This document shows positions 1-13,361 of a stretch of DNA of 64,000 nucleotides, piece after piece; position 1 is the first letter of the stretch; every line of letters starts with the position of its first letter. The notes under the pieces were generated by a model, which did no database searches, was not told the DNA's origin, and saw only the letters and a program-made list of their open reading frames with translations. Source of the stretch: Blasia pusilla. Its lineage: Eukaryota. Location of the stretch: positions 4,650,001-4,714,000 of the forward strand of contig CM114271.1 of assembly GCA_050084515.1 (NCBI GenBank), read 5' to 3'. The position numbers and the translations under genes were made by a program.

Positions 1-23
1 GTAATTTTTTACTTACTACATAA

Positions 24-1521
24 TCAAACATAATACTCACCGTGTTGAGTCTCTTCTCTGTAGCCAAAGCATTTAATCGTGTATGTGGTTTTGAGGGAAT
101 GTAACAGCAAGAATCTGTGGATCGGAAAGAATAAATTGAAAATGGAATGTTTGTAGGCGAGCTGAAGTGTGGAAAATTTGGGCACATTTTGAGGGTACGT
201 CACACCATGTAAAGTCTTTTTTAAATTGTACCAGTAAGTTCTGTATATCAACAATCTCAATCCAATGTGTGGGTGAGGCTTCATCGGAGGTTAGTGTCAA
301 GAAAAAGTGGGGCATGCCCCATTTATGTACCATTTCTTTTAGGTCTTTGAGATGCCTTCTGTGCCAAGAAGGACTACCGAGTAATTACGGGCTAATGGAA
401 TATTTAGATAAATGCTTGTATAAGTCTTCTTCTTTTAAGGTTGGCTTATCTTTCCTAAGCTTGTTGAGTTCTCTATCTAGTATGAAGGTCCTACTTGCTG
501 AGCATAGAGCAATAGACTATCATAATTTTTACATTAGTAGAGTGTACGGTTTGTAGAGAGAAAAGATATTGAGCGATTGTCTAGATTTGTTTCGTATGTA
601 GTCGGAAAATGTGGAATGACCAGTATAAAACCCACGTAAGAAGGGAAATAAAAATGGAAATAAAGTTGTCTCTAATGTAAATTTGGAATCTAAAGAACTT
701 CCAGATGAATTAGCAAGAAGAGTAGTGCGCAAACTTGAGGATGACCTCAGCAAAAGGCTACCACTGTCAAATATGTCAGTAGATTTTCTTCGTTTCATAG
801 GAACTGAGTATGAAACATCTTTTAGTACATTTAAATGAGGATGATAGGGATTGTACTCCATGTTGTATGTAACTTGACCTTTAAGCTGAGATGAGCTTAT
901 TATAGATTGAACACATGACTCAGATAGAATAACCAGGCCACAAGATGGATTTGGTACCTCTAGTAGAGTGAGATGAATCTTGTATAGCTCATTTGTCTGG
1001 AAATTTATGGATAGTATACATTTTAAGGCTGGACATAGGGCATCAGTGTTAGCATCTATACTGGTTTTCATGTTAAATGCCATTAAAGGGGAATCCAACA
1101 ATGAAGACATCTTGAAGAAACCCTTATGGAACCCATTGAACTTAGTTTCTATTCCGATCCTTGAGTCTACAATGGAGAGTAGTTGTAATTTTAATGGATC
1201 TACGCTTAGTATAGTCCGTAAATAAGACAAAGTCATGTACACATTCAAAGCTGTCTTGGGATTGCTAGAAACGAATGTGTCACAAACATGGAAGTGATTC
1301 AACCAAGGTACAATATACTCCCTTAGGAACCCGTTACATAATGCATAAGGTGGAGGACTATCTGAGTGAACAACATCCATCTTAGAACGTGGATTACTGA
1401 ACAACACAATACCACAATAACCACAACACTGCATTTTCTTTATGATGGAAGAATAGGTCTCTTGCCATTTCAGCAAATATACATTTGTTGATGGCCAATG
1501 AGTGCAATGTGGTGAAGACAT
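24..1521 (-). pseudogene. Helitron Rep (HUH rolling-circle replicase) pseudo-ORF fragments
   Basis: Consecutive frame-shifted ORFs 529-1521, 73-333 and 24-284 carry Helitron Rep-like motifs. Confidence 0.75.
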
Positions 1522-2129
1522 TAATTTTTTTTCACATTGACTTTCTCACGTGTAGATGATCTACATCTTTTGAGTTTTGTCTTATGTAAAATGAAAGATG
1601 TCCGAAATTTCACCTTTCTTAAGTTATGATAAATTGCTGATTGTAGTGGTTAAGAAATCACTTGTAATGCAGTTAGTGGTGGTCTATTGGTTGCTGACTG
1701 CGATTTCTGAATGTTGTCCCTAACCATTACTGTTTATTTATGTAGATAATCTAACAAATTGAATTATGGACTGAGAGATACAAAACTATACTCTTATTAA
1801 ATTACGCATAAGCCCGTGTTCTAATTTTGCATCTGAATGCTACTGATATCAATGGATAAACAATTCCAATATTAGCCACATATAAATGGGTTACAAAGAT
1901 GGTCTGGATACTTTATATGTGGACATTTGGTATCTTAATGTTCATAAGCATGTAAGCGCTTGAATTCAATGATGGTAATGGTATCACACGATATTGTATG
2001 TTGGATATAGAATAAGTACAAGCTAGAAGTGTGGATGGTTTAAAAATCCTAAATATAGGGAGAGAGTAGAGTTTTAGGGTGATCTTGAGTAGAGTGTGTA
2101 TTTGAGATATGAATTTTCGTAAAGTATAA

Positions 2130-3060
2130 ACATCTGATTCCACTAATGGTGATAATACCAGATGATAGTGTATGTTGAATAGACTATAAGTACAGGCTCA
2201 AACTTTGTGATGCCTTCAAAACAAAAATTTAGCAGAGAGTAGTTTTATTATTCTAATCCAAGGTAGTTTGGTATCCAACATGTGAATACTCATTACAAAG
2301 TAAGTAGATGGTTTCACTTATGCTAATGATACTAGAGGATATTGTACACCTGATAGAGAATAAGCATAGGCTGGAACTTTGTGATGCTTTGAAAACCACA
2401 AATATCAGGAGATAGGTGGTTATTGGTCTGATACTAGGCACCTGGGTATATTGTATTTGAATGTTTGTAAGGGTATAAGCACATGGTTTCACTGATTTTA
2501 AAGATACGAGATGATAGTGTATACTGAAAAGACAATAAGTATTTGCTGCAACTACGTGAGCTCTGAAATCGACAAATTCCGGCAGATAGTGGCTTTAACG
2601 GTCTATTTCAACACAATTGGGTCCTGGTATGTGAATTTCCAGAACAATATAAGCACCTAAGTTCACAATACTAATGATATCAAATAATATTGTATGCTCA
2701 CCAACGAATAAGTATAGTTGGATCTGTATGATGTTCCCAAAACTAGAAATTCAGGATATAGTTCTTTTAGTGTGTTTTTCTCTCTCTAATTTGGGATAAA
2801 TTAAAGTGTAAGGTCTGAAATCCACAAATTCCATGAGACAATGGCTTTAACGGTCTGATCCAACACAGGTGGATCTTGGTATGTGAATGTTCAGAACAGT
2901 GTAAGCATCTAATTTCACTAATGCTAATGATATCAAATAATACCGGATGTTCAGAATAGAATAAGTATGGTTGGATCTGTTTAATATTCCCAACATCAGA
3001 GATCGAGGAGATGGCCTCTTAGTCTGATTTTCCCTCTACTATTTGGGATAAATTAAAGTC
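2130..3060. repeat. Degenerate tandem array inside the Helitron (clearest units about 250 bp)
   Basis: tggctttaacggtct...ggtatgtgaat...tgatatcaaataat...gaataagtat...tttgggataaattaaagt occurs at about 2590-2810 and 2842-3060. Weaker copies lie at about 2130-2580. Confidence 0.75.
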
Positions 3061-3397
3061 TAGATTTGGTTATGAACTCTGCAAGAAGAGTGCAGCATAT
3101 ATGTAATAGATCTGGTTGCACCGTTCCAATGAAATAGTGAAACTTTATGTGAATGATGAAGCCATAGAATCAATATTGTAAGTGTTCTTTGTAGTATGCA
3201 GATCTACACGTAAGCCAATAAAAGGAATTAGTCTGTTTACTACATGTGTTGAATGAATTCTCGACAACGGCACTTAACTAGAAGTAAATACATCTGAAAT
3301 GGTTGTTGCCTCAATATAAAGGTCTACAACAATGGTATTTTGTTGTAGATTAGATCTATAGCAGAACTCATGAAACAGAAATTGTGAGTTGGCTTCA

Positions 3398-3608
3398 ATA
3401 AGATAGGTTACTGTGATTCTGGACACAGATGTTGTAACAGCCATATTTCTCACTATGGCTCAATGTCTGTCACTCAGAGTTACAGAAGGATGAAGAAATC
3501 CTCATTTGGCTACAATAAGATAGGTTATTGGGATTCTAGATAGGGATGTCGTAACATCCAGATTTGCCACTGTGGTTCAATGTCTTGCATTCATAGTTAC
3601 AGCAAGGT
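3398..3608. repeat. Two-copy tandem repeat (about 118 bp)
   Basis: ataagataggtta...gattct...gatgt.gtaaca...cact.tgg.tcaatgtct...agttacag is repeated at about 3398 and 3515. Confidence 0.7.
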
Positions 3609-5435
3609 AACAGACTACGAGCGCATTGTTGGAACCCTATATAAAGGCAGCCCTAGACACAAATTAATGAAAAACTTGTGCCAATATGACAATGAAAATT
3701 CAGAATACATAAGGAGACCTTAGAGAAGGAATACAGTTTATATCGTACCTATGAATCCGTCTTGTTTACCTCCTTCACCAACATAACACATTCAACATGT
3801 GGCGAGATTTAGAACTTCCAAGAACTACAAACTCGTGCTCTGACCATTTCCTTTCCTGCTTACAATTGAAACAACGTCCATAAGCTAGAGACTCTCTACG
3901 ATTAAAAGCAACGTCTAAAGCTAAAAACAATTGCCTTGGAATTAGCTACTGAACGAGGAATGTCAAAAAGATGCATTGTGTTTAAATCATTCCACCTCGA
4001 CATTGTAATTGACTAAACAGAGATCGCAGCCAAGTCGAAGCATGTATTAGCATCCATTAAACAATTAGAAAAGCTTTAAGCAGTTGTAGGGTTTAACGCT
4101 CACAGAAGTTTATGACCTTCAAGAGCAATGCAAGAGATTCTTCCAAAAATCACACGGCACCCAAACCTGCAATAGAAGGACCGGAGCAAGCTTAGCAATA
4201 GTCTGTGTAGAAATTTGGTAAGACAGACTCGCTGTTGATGAAATTGACTACCCCTCATACTTGTTCGTCAAATTTCAGCAAAACATGAGATAGGAGGAAC
4301 AGTAACCAGACACCCTATTCGGAAACGAAGCCCGTCGAACACTAAAATGATTAAATAATCTTAAGCAGAAAGCAACCACAAATCTCATTCAAAGGGGAGC
4401 GGCGGAGAATGGAAACGTGGCGAGCAATTGCAAACAAGAAATGACACTCTCGCAAGCGGAAGAAAACTGACAAGCCCAATATCGATGGAGGGCATTGGGT
4501 GAAGGAGTTGACAGACAGATGTAACTCAAGGAGCCACAGCACACAAAATCAAAATCCAAACGCATAGATAGAGAAAGAAATTGGTGTAAGGCACCGACTG
4601 AATAAGGAGGCATGCAGATGTAACTCAGGGAGCCACGGACAAGAAATTGATTTCCAAACGTCGATGGAGAAAGAGGCAAATAGAATCGAAAGAGCTTTAC
4701 CAATTAAACGGGAAAGAAACGATTAAGGGAGGGTGAAGTAATGCAGCAACAAGCGACGGAAGTAACAGGCGGCACCCGAGCGGTCAAGCAAATTACGGGG
4801 GCTCCACGAAACACCTCAACACGAGCAAGTATAGCAGAAATGAGATTCGCACCTGAATTGAGATGGAAAAGTTAATGAAGAGAACAGACTCAAGGAATTC
4901 TTCAGAACACATCTTTGAGTTTCGTGCCCCGTTGTAGCATACACACGAACGATATGAATTGTGATAACATTCTTCGCCTTCACATGCATGACTTTCGTAC
5001 TCACATAAGCGTGGTGCACCGATGCACAGCATTTAGCCCATAACGGAATGGACCTTAGGGTAATGTGGACCAGTATTATATGACTCTTGTGACGGTTTGA
5101 TATGTTTTTTGCTCTATCCTTCGAGATGGAAAAAGGAGAATGTGGAGCCATCCCTTAGAGGGACCTAATTTGACACATTTATATAGGAGCCGTAACTATC
5201 AGGCGGGTGAAAGGCATTGGGATAGTAGACCCAAAAATTGCTTCATAGGTCCCTCGGGGAGTCCATCTATCCAAACTACATTATGTATTTCAAAGATCCT
5301 TTCAAATAGACAAAAGTAGTATAAATCCCATAGCACAAATTCAAAAAAAGAATCATTGTATGTGCTATGGAACATTTTCTTGTTGCCATATGTCAAGTAT
5401 ACAGTGTTTAAGAAGGCATTCTCCCATAATAATAA

Positions 5436-5597
5436 CTAGTGGGCACCTTGGGCCATGCACGGGAGTGAAAAAGAAACAATTTCTTACTGCCCATAGTAGG
5501 GGAAAACAATTTTTGTTGCCCGGTTGCCACATGTCAAATAGAGAGGTATTTGCAAATTAAGAAGGTACTCTCCCATAATAATATGGATAGATATAGA
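5436..5597 (-). mobile_element. Non-autonomous mini-Helitron
   Basis: On the - strand it starts TCTATATCTATCCATATTATTATGGGAGAG and ends CCCGTGCATGGCCCAAGGTGCCCA-CTAG|T (imperfect hairpin plus CTAG). Confidence 0.6.
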
Positions 5598-5666
5598 CGT
5601 TTCCCCATTTTCTTTTCATATGGTAGGGGAAATAACCACACCGAAAGAAGAAAATTTTGCGGACCG

Positions 5667-5845
5667 TCTCTATTATTATTGGAGAGTGCCCATTCATTTT
5701 TGAAACTTCTCTCCCCTTGACACTTGACATTTTAAATCAATAGGATTGTTTGAAATTGATTTAAAATGACCTTTGAGAATTTTGAGAGTTAACTATCATT
5801 TTGGGAGGTAATTTAAACCACGTGAATCGCATGGGTTTATACTAG
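5667..5845 (+). mobile_element. Non-autonomous mini-Helitron
   Basis: Starts TC(TC)TATTATTATTGGAGAG and ends CCACGTGAATCGCATGGG-TTTATA-CTAG|T. Homologous to 60149-60345. Confidence 0.7.
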
Positions 5846-7971
5846 TCACTATTAGGGTCGTTCAGCGCTCCGCCCCACGAACTCAAATCCAGGATGCAAA
5901 ATAAAACCTCAAGGTATATCCAATGGACTAAGTCTTTCAAGTTTGCCAACATCCTAGGCATGGGTAGTCATGAAAATTTTCATGAGTGATTAATGGCAAG
6001 AAAATATGGTTTGTCATTTCCAATTACGACAATAGTCGTGATCCTTATCTGAAGGGATGGCCGCTCTACTTTATGGTCAAGTTGTGAGCTATCCTATTAA
6101 CTTTTCCCTATATTGGTAAGATTTTAAAATAAAATGATGGCGCAATTTATTGTTTTGGAGCAAAATAAGGAATGCATAAATATTATAGTATGTAATGTAG
6201 TGAAAAAAAAATGATGGTTGAGATATCATTTTATATAAAAATGGATTTTATTCACATTCACATTCTATGCCTAAAATTTACAATTGTAAATATTATGGAG
6301 TTGTTGTAGGGGTTGTATAAAGTGTGGATGAGATGTATTCATACATGTTGAATATGAGATATAGAATTATAATATATTTTATAAATATTGTTTTGTCATT
6401 CATGTAAATTTCTTTTAAAAAACCTTTCAAATACGTTGTTTTTGTCTCTATGGACTTACAAGAGGTTTCTTGCAAAAATTTTCCAAATGAAGTTATTGTC
6501 TCAATCACATTCTATTGTATTACTGGTTACATGAGCTTATCCTCAATATCAGAGACTACTAAGGTTGTTGGAAATCTATTGGAAAGATTATAAAACTTTT
6601 TAGTATGTGTTTGGATGTATGGTTAGATTTTATGATTGGATATGATATCTATTTTCATGAGTATATGGATTTTTAAAATAATGTTTGATGTGTGTGTGCA
6701 CGACAATTGTCATCTCTGTTACAGTGGAGCACAGAGTTTATGCGCGGTACATCTAGTGACATTGATATATGTTGTGTAGCGTTGTGTATGAGCATGACAT
6801 CTATTATTCTCATATTTATAATCCTTGCTCTAGATTGGATAAATATTTTCATCCTTATTTGTTTTTTGTTAGATTCATTCTAGCCTTATAAATACCTTTA
6901 CACGCATAATTAAAGTTAAGAGAAGCAAATTCTAGATGTTCTAGCTCAAAATGACCTCAACCATGAATCATGGGCATTTTACTATTAAATCTTATAGGTA
7001 TAAACCAATAGGAATATCGATCACTCCCAATTTCAGCTTATAAAAAATTTGATAAAAAATCTTATCGTGTGGATAAAACATTGTGAACCTCATGCCAAGG
7101 TCCAAGCTAGTTAATGAGTAGAATCAAATTGTTTTAATATGTGTTTCTAGCATTATTTTAGATGAATCTTCTATGCCAAAGCAAGATAAAATAAAATTAA
7201 AAAATTAAAAAAAGTTTGTAGCTATCCACAATTGTAAATAGCCATACAATAGGCTTGCGTACATCGCAACAATCACTTTCAAATAGTCGGTCACAATAGT
7301 GGCACGACAATTGCAATCAACCGTAAGATTTTCATATGTATATGGAAGTAACCTTTTTTATAGTGCTAGGATCTTAAGCCAAAATGGTCCATCATATCCT
7401 ACTAGTGGCATAATGAGTGTCTCAAGCCATATAGGTTGCTCCTCGCCATCAATTGGTGCCTATTCCACTAGTTTCCCTGCTCTAAATATAATCCAATGAC
7501 GTCAATTACCAGTAAGGGTGGGATAGAGTTCCTAGTATATGCCTCTACCTCGGAACTCTTCACGAATGGCCACAAATGAAAGTTTGTGTTACTATCCTAT
7601 CCCTTTTTTTTTCTACGGTTTGCATTAGGTATGCTAAAATGCCTTGTATATCCTACAAAGCTTAGCTCAAAATAAGAAATTGTCATCTTACCCATCATCA
7701 AAGCCCTAGATTAGGCCAAAGTTTCCCTCAGCCAAGGGGCGCCTCAAACTGGTGCTTTTGCATGACCTAGTACTCTTGCTTCAATTGATGCCTCTTAAGG
7801 TGGGATTATAATCTAACATGTGCATGAAGGCCGCATCCAGTACTACCACTTGGATCCATCCATCCATGTTAGCGAACATCATATCAGCTACAACTTGAAT
7901 GTGTATTGATGAGTAGATTCCATAAGAATTTGAGATATAAATAGTCTGGCCTTACGGTCCGTTTTTGAGGC

Positions 7972-8459
7972 GGGAGGCGGTACGAGCCCAAGTGGTGGCA
8001 AAAGGGAGATTGCTACAAGGAGCGATGGCCGTAAAGAAGACCCAAATTTATATTCGACTTCACGATGGACATCGATTTGTCCCCTAGTCATTGAGATGTA
8101 CGTGGCTATGCAAGAGAGGTTTGACTCGTTCCTTACGGATTGTCATCTCCAGTCGAGAAATGGGTTGTCCTTAGGTACTACGATTCTTTATTGTAAGCAA
8201 CGGGTCTCCATAGCTTTGCAGCATACCGAGACAAATGAGCTTTTGCGGGAGGCTCAAATTGTTGAAGACGCCAAGGCTAGAGGTCCATTTAATAATAGTC
8301 ATAATTCTCTAAATGTTGTTGATATTGTCTATTGTTGATGAGTTTGGTCGATAAGGGAAAGCCTCCCTTCTTTTTTTCACCGATTTTGGCCCGCGGGTTT
8401 TTCCTCTCTATGCCCCTCTCATTTGTATCTCTTACGGGTTTATTAAAGTTTATCGATCC
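7972..8459 (+). mobile_element. 5'-truncated copy of the CRE-like non-LTR retrotransposon (end of RLE domain plus 3' UTR)
   Basis: Translates to REAVRAQVVAKGRLLQGA...MQERFDSFLTDC.HLQSRNGLSLGTTILYCKQRVSIALQ, closely matching ORF 55381-55863. Flanked by the direct repeat ttttgaggc (7963-7971 and 8460-8468), a candidate TSD. Confidence 0.9.
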
Positions 8460-9283
8460 TTTTGAGGCATCCGTTCCTCCTTACGGCCACGGCCGTAACA
8501 GAAGTTTCGGGAAACGGCCCCCTACTGAGACGCCCCTACTCTCTCTACGTCCGATCTTCTCGTGGAATACCGCGGCAGTGCACGGAACCTTTTGATCGGG
8601 TGGGACCCACAAGTGAGAAGAATGGATAACCTGACGATTCTGCGCTGTCGCTGCTGCCGGGCATTGTGGACGTGGCGTTCATTGGGAGGACTCTCAGTCT
8701 GAGACTCCTCCCAAAGATTGAACGATACCGAATCCTCGAGGCCTTCCGTGATTTATTTTATTTGGTTTGTTTTTCCGCGCTGCTTGGATCGAAGCGTCGG
8801 ATCTCGTGGACTGGAGAAGCTGCAATTCCTGCGGTTCTCTCTGCTGTTTTTCTTGCCTTTTTTCTGTTCCTATGTGTCCTTCTGTTACGGACCGACTATT
8901 TGGAGCGAAAGCCTCAAACTCTCCTCTGGTCTGCGGTCTTTTTTTGGTTTGCTGTGCCAGTTGCGTCACGTTGTTTGAAACCAGAGCTTCAAACACTTCA
9001 GCTGTCGGAATTGCGCAACCTTTTGGAGCCGGAGCTCCATCTGCCTAACGCTGTCCTGTCCTCTGCATTCCTTTTATGTCTAGCGTTCCGATTACGTGAC
9101 TGTTTGCAGACAAAGCTTGAGAATATGAGCGCTGCGAGAGAATTCTTCTTTCTGGTGCTGTGATCGGAGATTTGGTGTTTCTTGAATCTTACTGAAGTTG
9201 CGAAGATTACGCGTCCACTCGTCCGTAGACTCGACTAGTGTGGGCGAATCAACTAGGCCTGCTGTAGGAACTGAGCAGGTTGA

Positions 9284-12200
9284 ATGTTTTCCATGGCAGT
9301 CCTTGCCAATTTGCCCGGTGTGTGCTCACAGAGACCTCCTGTCTCTGCTGCTGGAGAGTCGGATCGGCTCTCGATTGCGTCAGTATCAATTGCACGGAAT
9401 TGCAATGCTTCAGCTGCAAATGAATCGATTGGAGATGAGCTGGTGCACGTCGCGTGCGACGCTGCGGTGCAGTCCAGGAGAGCAGCTCTGTGTCTGCTGG
9501 GATCAGTCAGCTTCTCCCTCATCCACTGTGATGCGGCCCCCGCTTTAGGATTTCGTAAGTCACCACCCTTGAGCTTTGTATAGCGACTCTGAGCTCCATA
9601 GATTCCTACATGTCGCGTTTTTCGTTGAATTGTAGAGGTTTGCTGTTTCAAATTGGAGACTACTCTCGTCTCTCTCGAATTTCTCGGTACAAATACGAGA
9701 GAAATGTCGAAGGAACTGGAAACATACTTTTACTCATCGCTCTTGCGAGTCATGGATTTTGAGTACAATGACTCTGAGGTCTGCAAATTCTAGAACTTTC
9801 AACTTTACAAATTCTTAAAGACCTTGAGCATTTTTGTTTCCAATTTTTGGGCGATCTCGTGTATATCAGAGTTTCCTTTCTGAAAGTCTTACATATGAAG
9901 TCCTGAGTTTAATACTGGAGGCTCCTTTCTCAGACAGTAGAAATTATGAAGAAACCTGAAATCAGAAATATTCCCCATTTCTTGAGTGCCTTGTGGTTTT
10001 TGCTGACAACGACTCTTGTTTTGAGGTATAGAAACTCCCATGTACAGCCTCTTAAGCATTACCGTTTCCATTGGAGTCCTCTCTCGCATATCTCGAATTG
10101 TTTCTTTCTGATACGGCAGAAACTGGGAATTATAAATATTAGTCTTCGCCCTTGTGCTTTGTGGTGTTTTCTCTTAGCGAATCTGTAGTTTAGCAAGTCT
10201 TACACCTTGTAAGCAATACTGGCGAGGTTTACACTCTCCAATTGGAATGCCCTCTTGTGTACTAATCTCGAATTGCTCCCTTCCAAAGTGCCTGGAGGTC
10301 AGGAATATTATATTCATAACATCTCCAGCTGAGGAGCTTGCAATTGATAGGTGTAGTAATTACTTCACATGATTTCGTGGCTGGTGTGAAAAGTTTTAGT
10401 TTCAAAGTGGAGCGTCATGGTCAGCATTCCTCGAAATTGTCCTTTCTGAAGAAACAAAATTCTTCAATATTATATTCCTACCGTATCCATGTGAGGGTCT
10501 TCAACTGGGCAGTAGACTGCTTATTTTGAGCGATTTCTTGAATGTCGTGAAGGCAATATTCCTTAGTGAAACTTTCACAACGATAGAGAAGTCCCGATAG
10601 AGTATGGAAATTCCGAAGAAGTTGGAAATCAGAAATATTACGTTCCATACACGAAGCTGGACCCTTCGAAGTGACAAATGTAGTGCGGGTGAAAGCTAGA
10701 TTGTCGTGAAAATTTCTCGAGAAGAGTGAAGAGTATTGCCAAGTCTGACGGTTTCAAAGCATTACAGAGTTTGGGGATTGCGTTTCCACACACATGTATG
10801 GAAACGCGACCCAATACACGAGAAATTGTATATGCATGCAAAGTCTGATTCTTGTCAGTGAATGTTTTGTTTCAATGAGCCTTGGTGCTCACTTGAATGA
10901 ATGCTGTTAAAAGAACCACAGAGAAAAGTTTCTGAGAATCTTCAGCAAAGTGGGTCATTGGTGAACAGCTGGAGTGAAGGACTGGCTAAAGGGGCAGAAA
11001 CAGAGAACTGCGCAATTTCTTCTGGCTCCCATTGATGCTTCAAGAGACCGACTCAATTCCGCACTTCTTCTCATATGTAAGTTCTCGCTGATAGCTTTCA
11101 CTGACTGAAAACACGCTCATGTAAAAGAAAGGGACGGGAAAAAATCCATCAAGGGAGTTCCAAGGGGCGATTACATAGAAGTGGGTCAGACGAGATCACA
11201 ATGGAACCAGGGACTGGGCGGTCCCCTTAAGAACAAAATCTCCGACAGCAGAAACTGAAGGGTGAATTTTTTAGTCTGATAGTGCAACATAATGGTCAGC
11301 TAGGCAGGGTGTTGTGTAACTATGCTCCGAGAGGTCTAAATAGTTTATTTTCTCACTTTCTTATGGGAAAACTGCTCTGACGCACATGAAAAATTGAAGT
11401 AAGGCTTCTCTTAGTCGATTGCTTAGACTGCTTGCCCAGTTTTCATGCTCTCGCTTGAGGATGCTAGAAGTCCTGTCTAAGAATATGTTCTGAGCTTTGG
11501 TTTGTTCTTCAGCCAAAAGTGGCATCTCTAAAGAAGGAGTTGAAGAGGCTGGAAGGCTTGTGAAGACTGCCTCCCGAGATTGTATGCCTTCAGAAGTGGG
11601 TTCCGTACTAGATTTCCAAGGAAGAAGTGGTGTTGAGGTAAGGCATGGGATCACTCTGTCCCGTTACAGCTGTTAACGAGATATAGGCCTACTCCAGGAT
11701 ACTTCAGATATCAAACTCATGCAAGAGACAGGAGAAACCTTGAAGTTAACAATCTCTAAGCTAACTTCAAGGTACTACAATAATTCGATTTATTTTGGAG
11801 AACGCAGGTGTGCACCTTCAAGCTTGTTTTGAAAAATGCTGCTTCACTTCTCGACAATGCCGACCCTACAAAGCAAAAAGCTGAGGAGGCTCTGCAGGAT
11901 TTGATAAGGTATCTTTAACTCACTCTCTGTTGTCAGAATTACGACATCAAGCACTTATTAATGAATGTGGTCTGTTTGTCCAAAAGGTCCTCCTCCCACT
12001 TCCAATTTCCTACAATAATCACACTTCTTCCCCCAACTGTTGTAAATGTGGAATCCACGGTTCAACTCTGTGATAGTCATTGTCTGATGATTCTGTAGGG
12101 CAAGGGCAAGTTTGCACCTGGAAATAGAGAAATATGTATCGAACCAACTTTGAATGGAGCTTCACTAACTCTGCCTCTCGCATATGTTGGATTTTGTAGG

Positions 12201-12691
12201 TCATTTGTGGTCCTTGATGGACTCCTGGCAACAGATACCTTCGGTGATTCGTTTGACAGGTAAACTTCCACCATATTTGATGGAAGGTTTGTAATTTTGA
12301 CAAAGACTGGCTATCACGTGGAAATTTACTGGCATAAATGCTAGAGCAAGCAAGTTTGATCCTCAATACTCTATTGCATGCCACAAATCTCAAGCCCTCA
12401 TCAGCTCTTTGTGTTCTCGCTATTTTTCCCCTTCCAGCCCTTGCAGTATATCTTTTACTGCATTTAATGGATGTAAAGCTCCCGCGACTATCAATTCGTG
12501 GGGCATTTCTGTGGGTGCATGGACGTCGAACGGACGCTTATGCTGTGGTTCAGATCTCGTTCTCGGGTGGAACTTGATGAAATCGTTGGGGTGGAATGAA
12601 CAGGGAAATCATCACTGGAGCAATGCAAGAGGCGTATGTAGCTCTGGATCGGTTCGAAGGCGGGGTCCGTGCCTGCCTCGGAATTGCGTAA
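9284..12691 (+). CDS. Uncharacterised chloroplast protein, probably thylakoid lumen (Tat substrate), 250 aa, 6 exons
   Basis: Exons 9284-9554, 10969-11076, 11513-11637, 11808-11908, 12200-12259, 12604-12691 total 753 nt; all introns GT-AG and phases consistent. The protein has an Ala/Ser-rich transit peptide, then SRRAALCLLG...APA, then LGFPGVKDWLKGQKQRTAQFLLAPIDASR...GVEVCTFKLVLKNAASLLDNADP...LDRFEGGVRACLGIA*. Alternative ATG at 9293. Confidence 0.85.
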
Positions 12692-13045
12692 TTACTTGAC
12701 AGTCGCTAGAGCTCAGCTTTAGTTTTTCTCAAGGCTCTTGTCAGCAGATCAAACCATCCCGAAGAACTTGTTGCGTTCGTGGGGCAGATTCTTGCGTTCA
12801 TGTCTGCTTCGACACTTGTTTGCAGCGAGCAGCCATTCTTTTCCAGCTCGCTCATGCACACAGAATTTTGGGTCAAGGCCCTACAGCAGGCAGTAGGGCA
12901 TTTAGCCTCTAGAAGGAAACATGGAGATCTCTGTTCTTGTACGAAGCACTAGATCAATGTCACCGTGGGAATTTTTTCATGTATTATTAGTCATCTCTCT
13001 GATCTCCTTGTTGTTCTGGTGAGGGTTTCCCGTCATCTTCTCCCA

Positions 13046-13361
13046 GAAATTGGCTTTGATTCAGACGAGGCTGGCAGTAAGCAATTTAGCCTTCTAGAGA
13101 TACTTCTGTGCTCTCAAGAATCACTAGATTGATGTCGCCCCTGGTAAATTTTAATCTATTTTGATAGACTTTCGAATCTCCTTCGTGTTTCGATGTATGC
13201 TCTCGCTATATGTCTCTCCCGAAATTGGCTTTGATTCAGATGAGGCAGGCAGTAAGCAATTTTGCCTTCTAGAGATACTTCTGTGCTATCAAGAATCACT
13301 AGATTGATGTCTCCCCTGGTAATTTTGACTCATCTTGATAGACTTCTGAATCTCCTTCGTG
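13046..13361. repeat. Two-copy direct repeat, period 175 bp
   Basis: gaaattggctttgattcaga.gaggc.ggcagtaagcaattt.gccttctagagatacttctgtgct.tcaagaatcactagattgatgtc starts at 13046 and 13221. Confidence 0.9.

Larger units (their letters stand above)
1..5435 (-). mobile_element. Decayed autonomous Helitron (Rep/helicase), 5' part; continues beyond the window start
   Basis: ORF 529-1521 has a Cys cluster (CCGYC) and LETTLFPFLFP..G. ORF 73-333 has MVHKWGMPHFFLTLT..E...W.EI, which matches the Helitron Rep N-region (G.P.xF.T.T...W.EI). The frames are broken. A Helitron-type 5' motif (TATTATTATGGGAGA on -) lies at about 5420-5434. The upper boundary is inferred. Confidence 0.7.
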
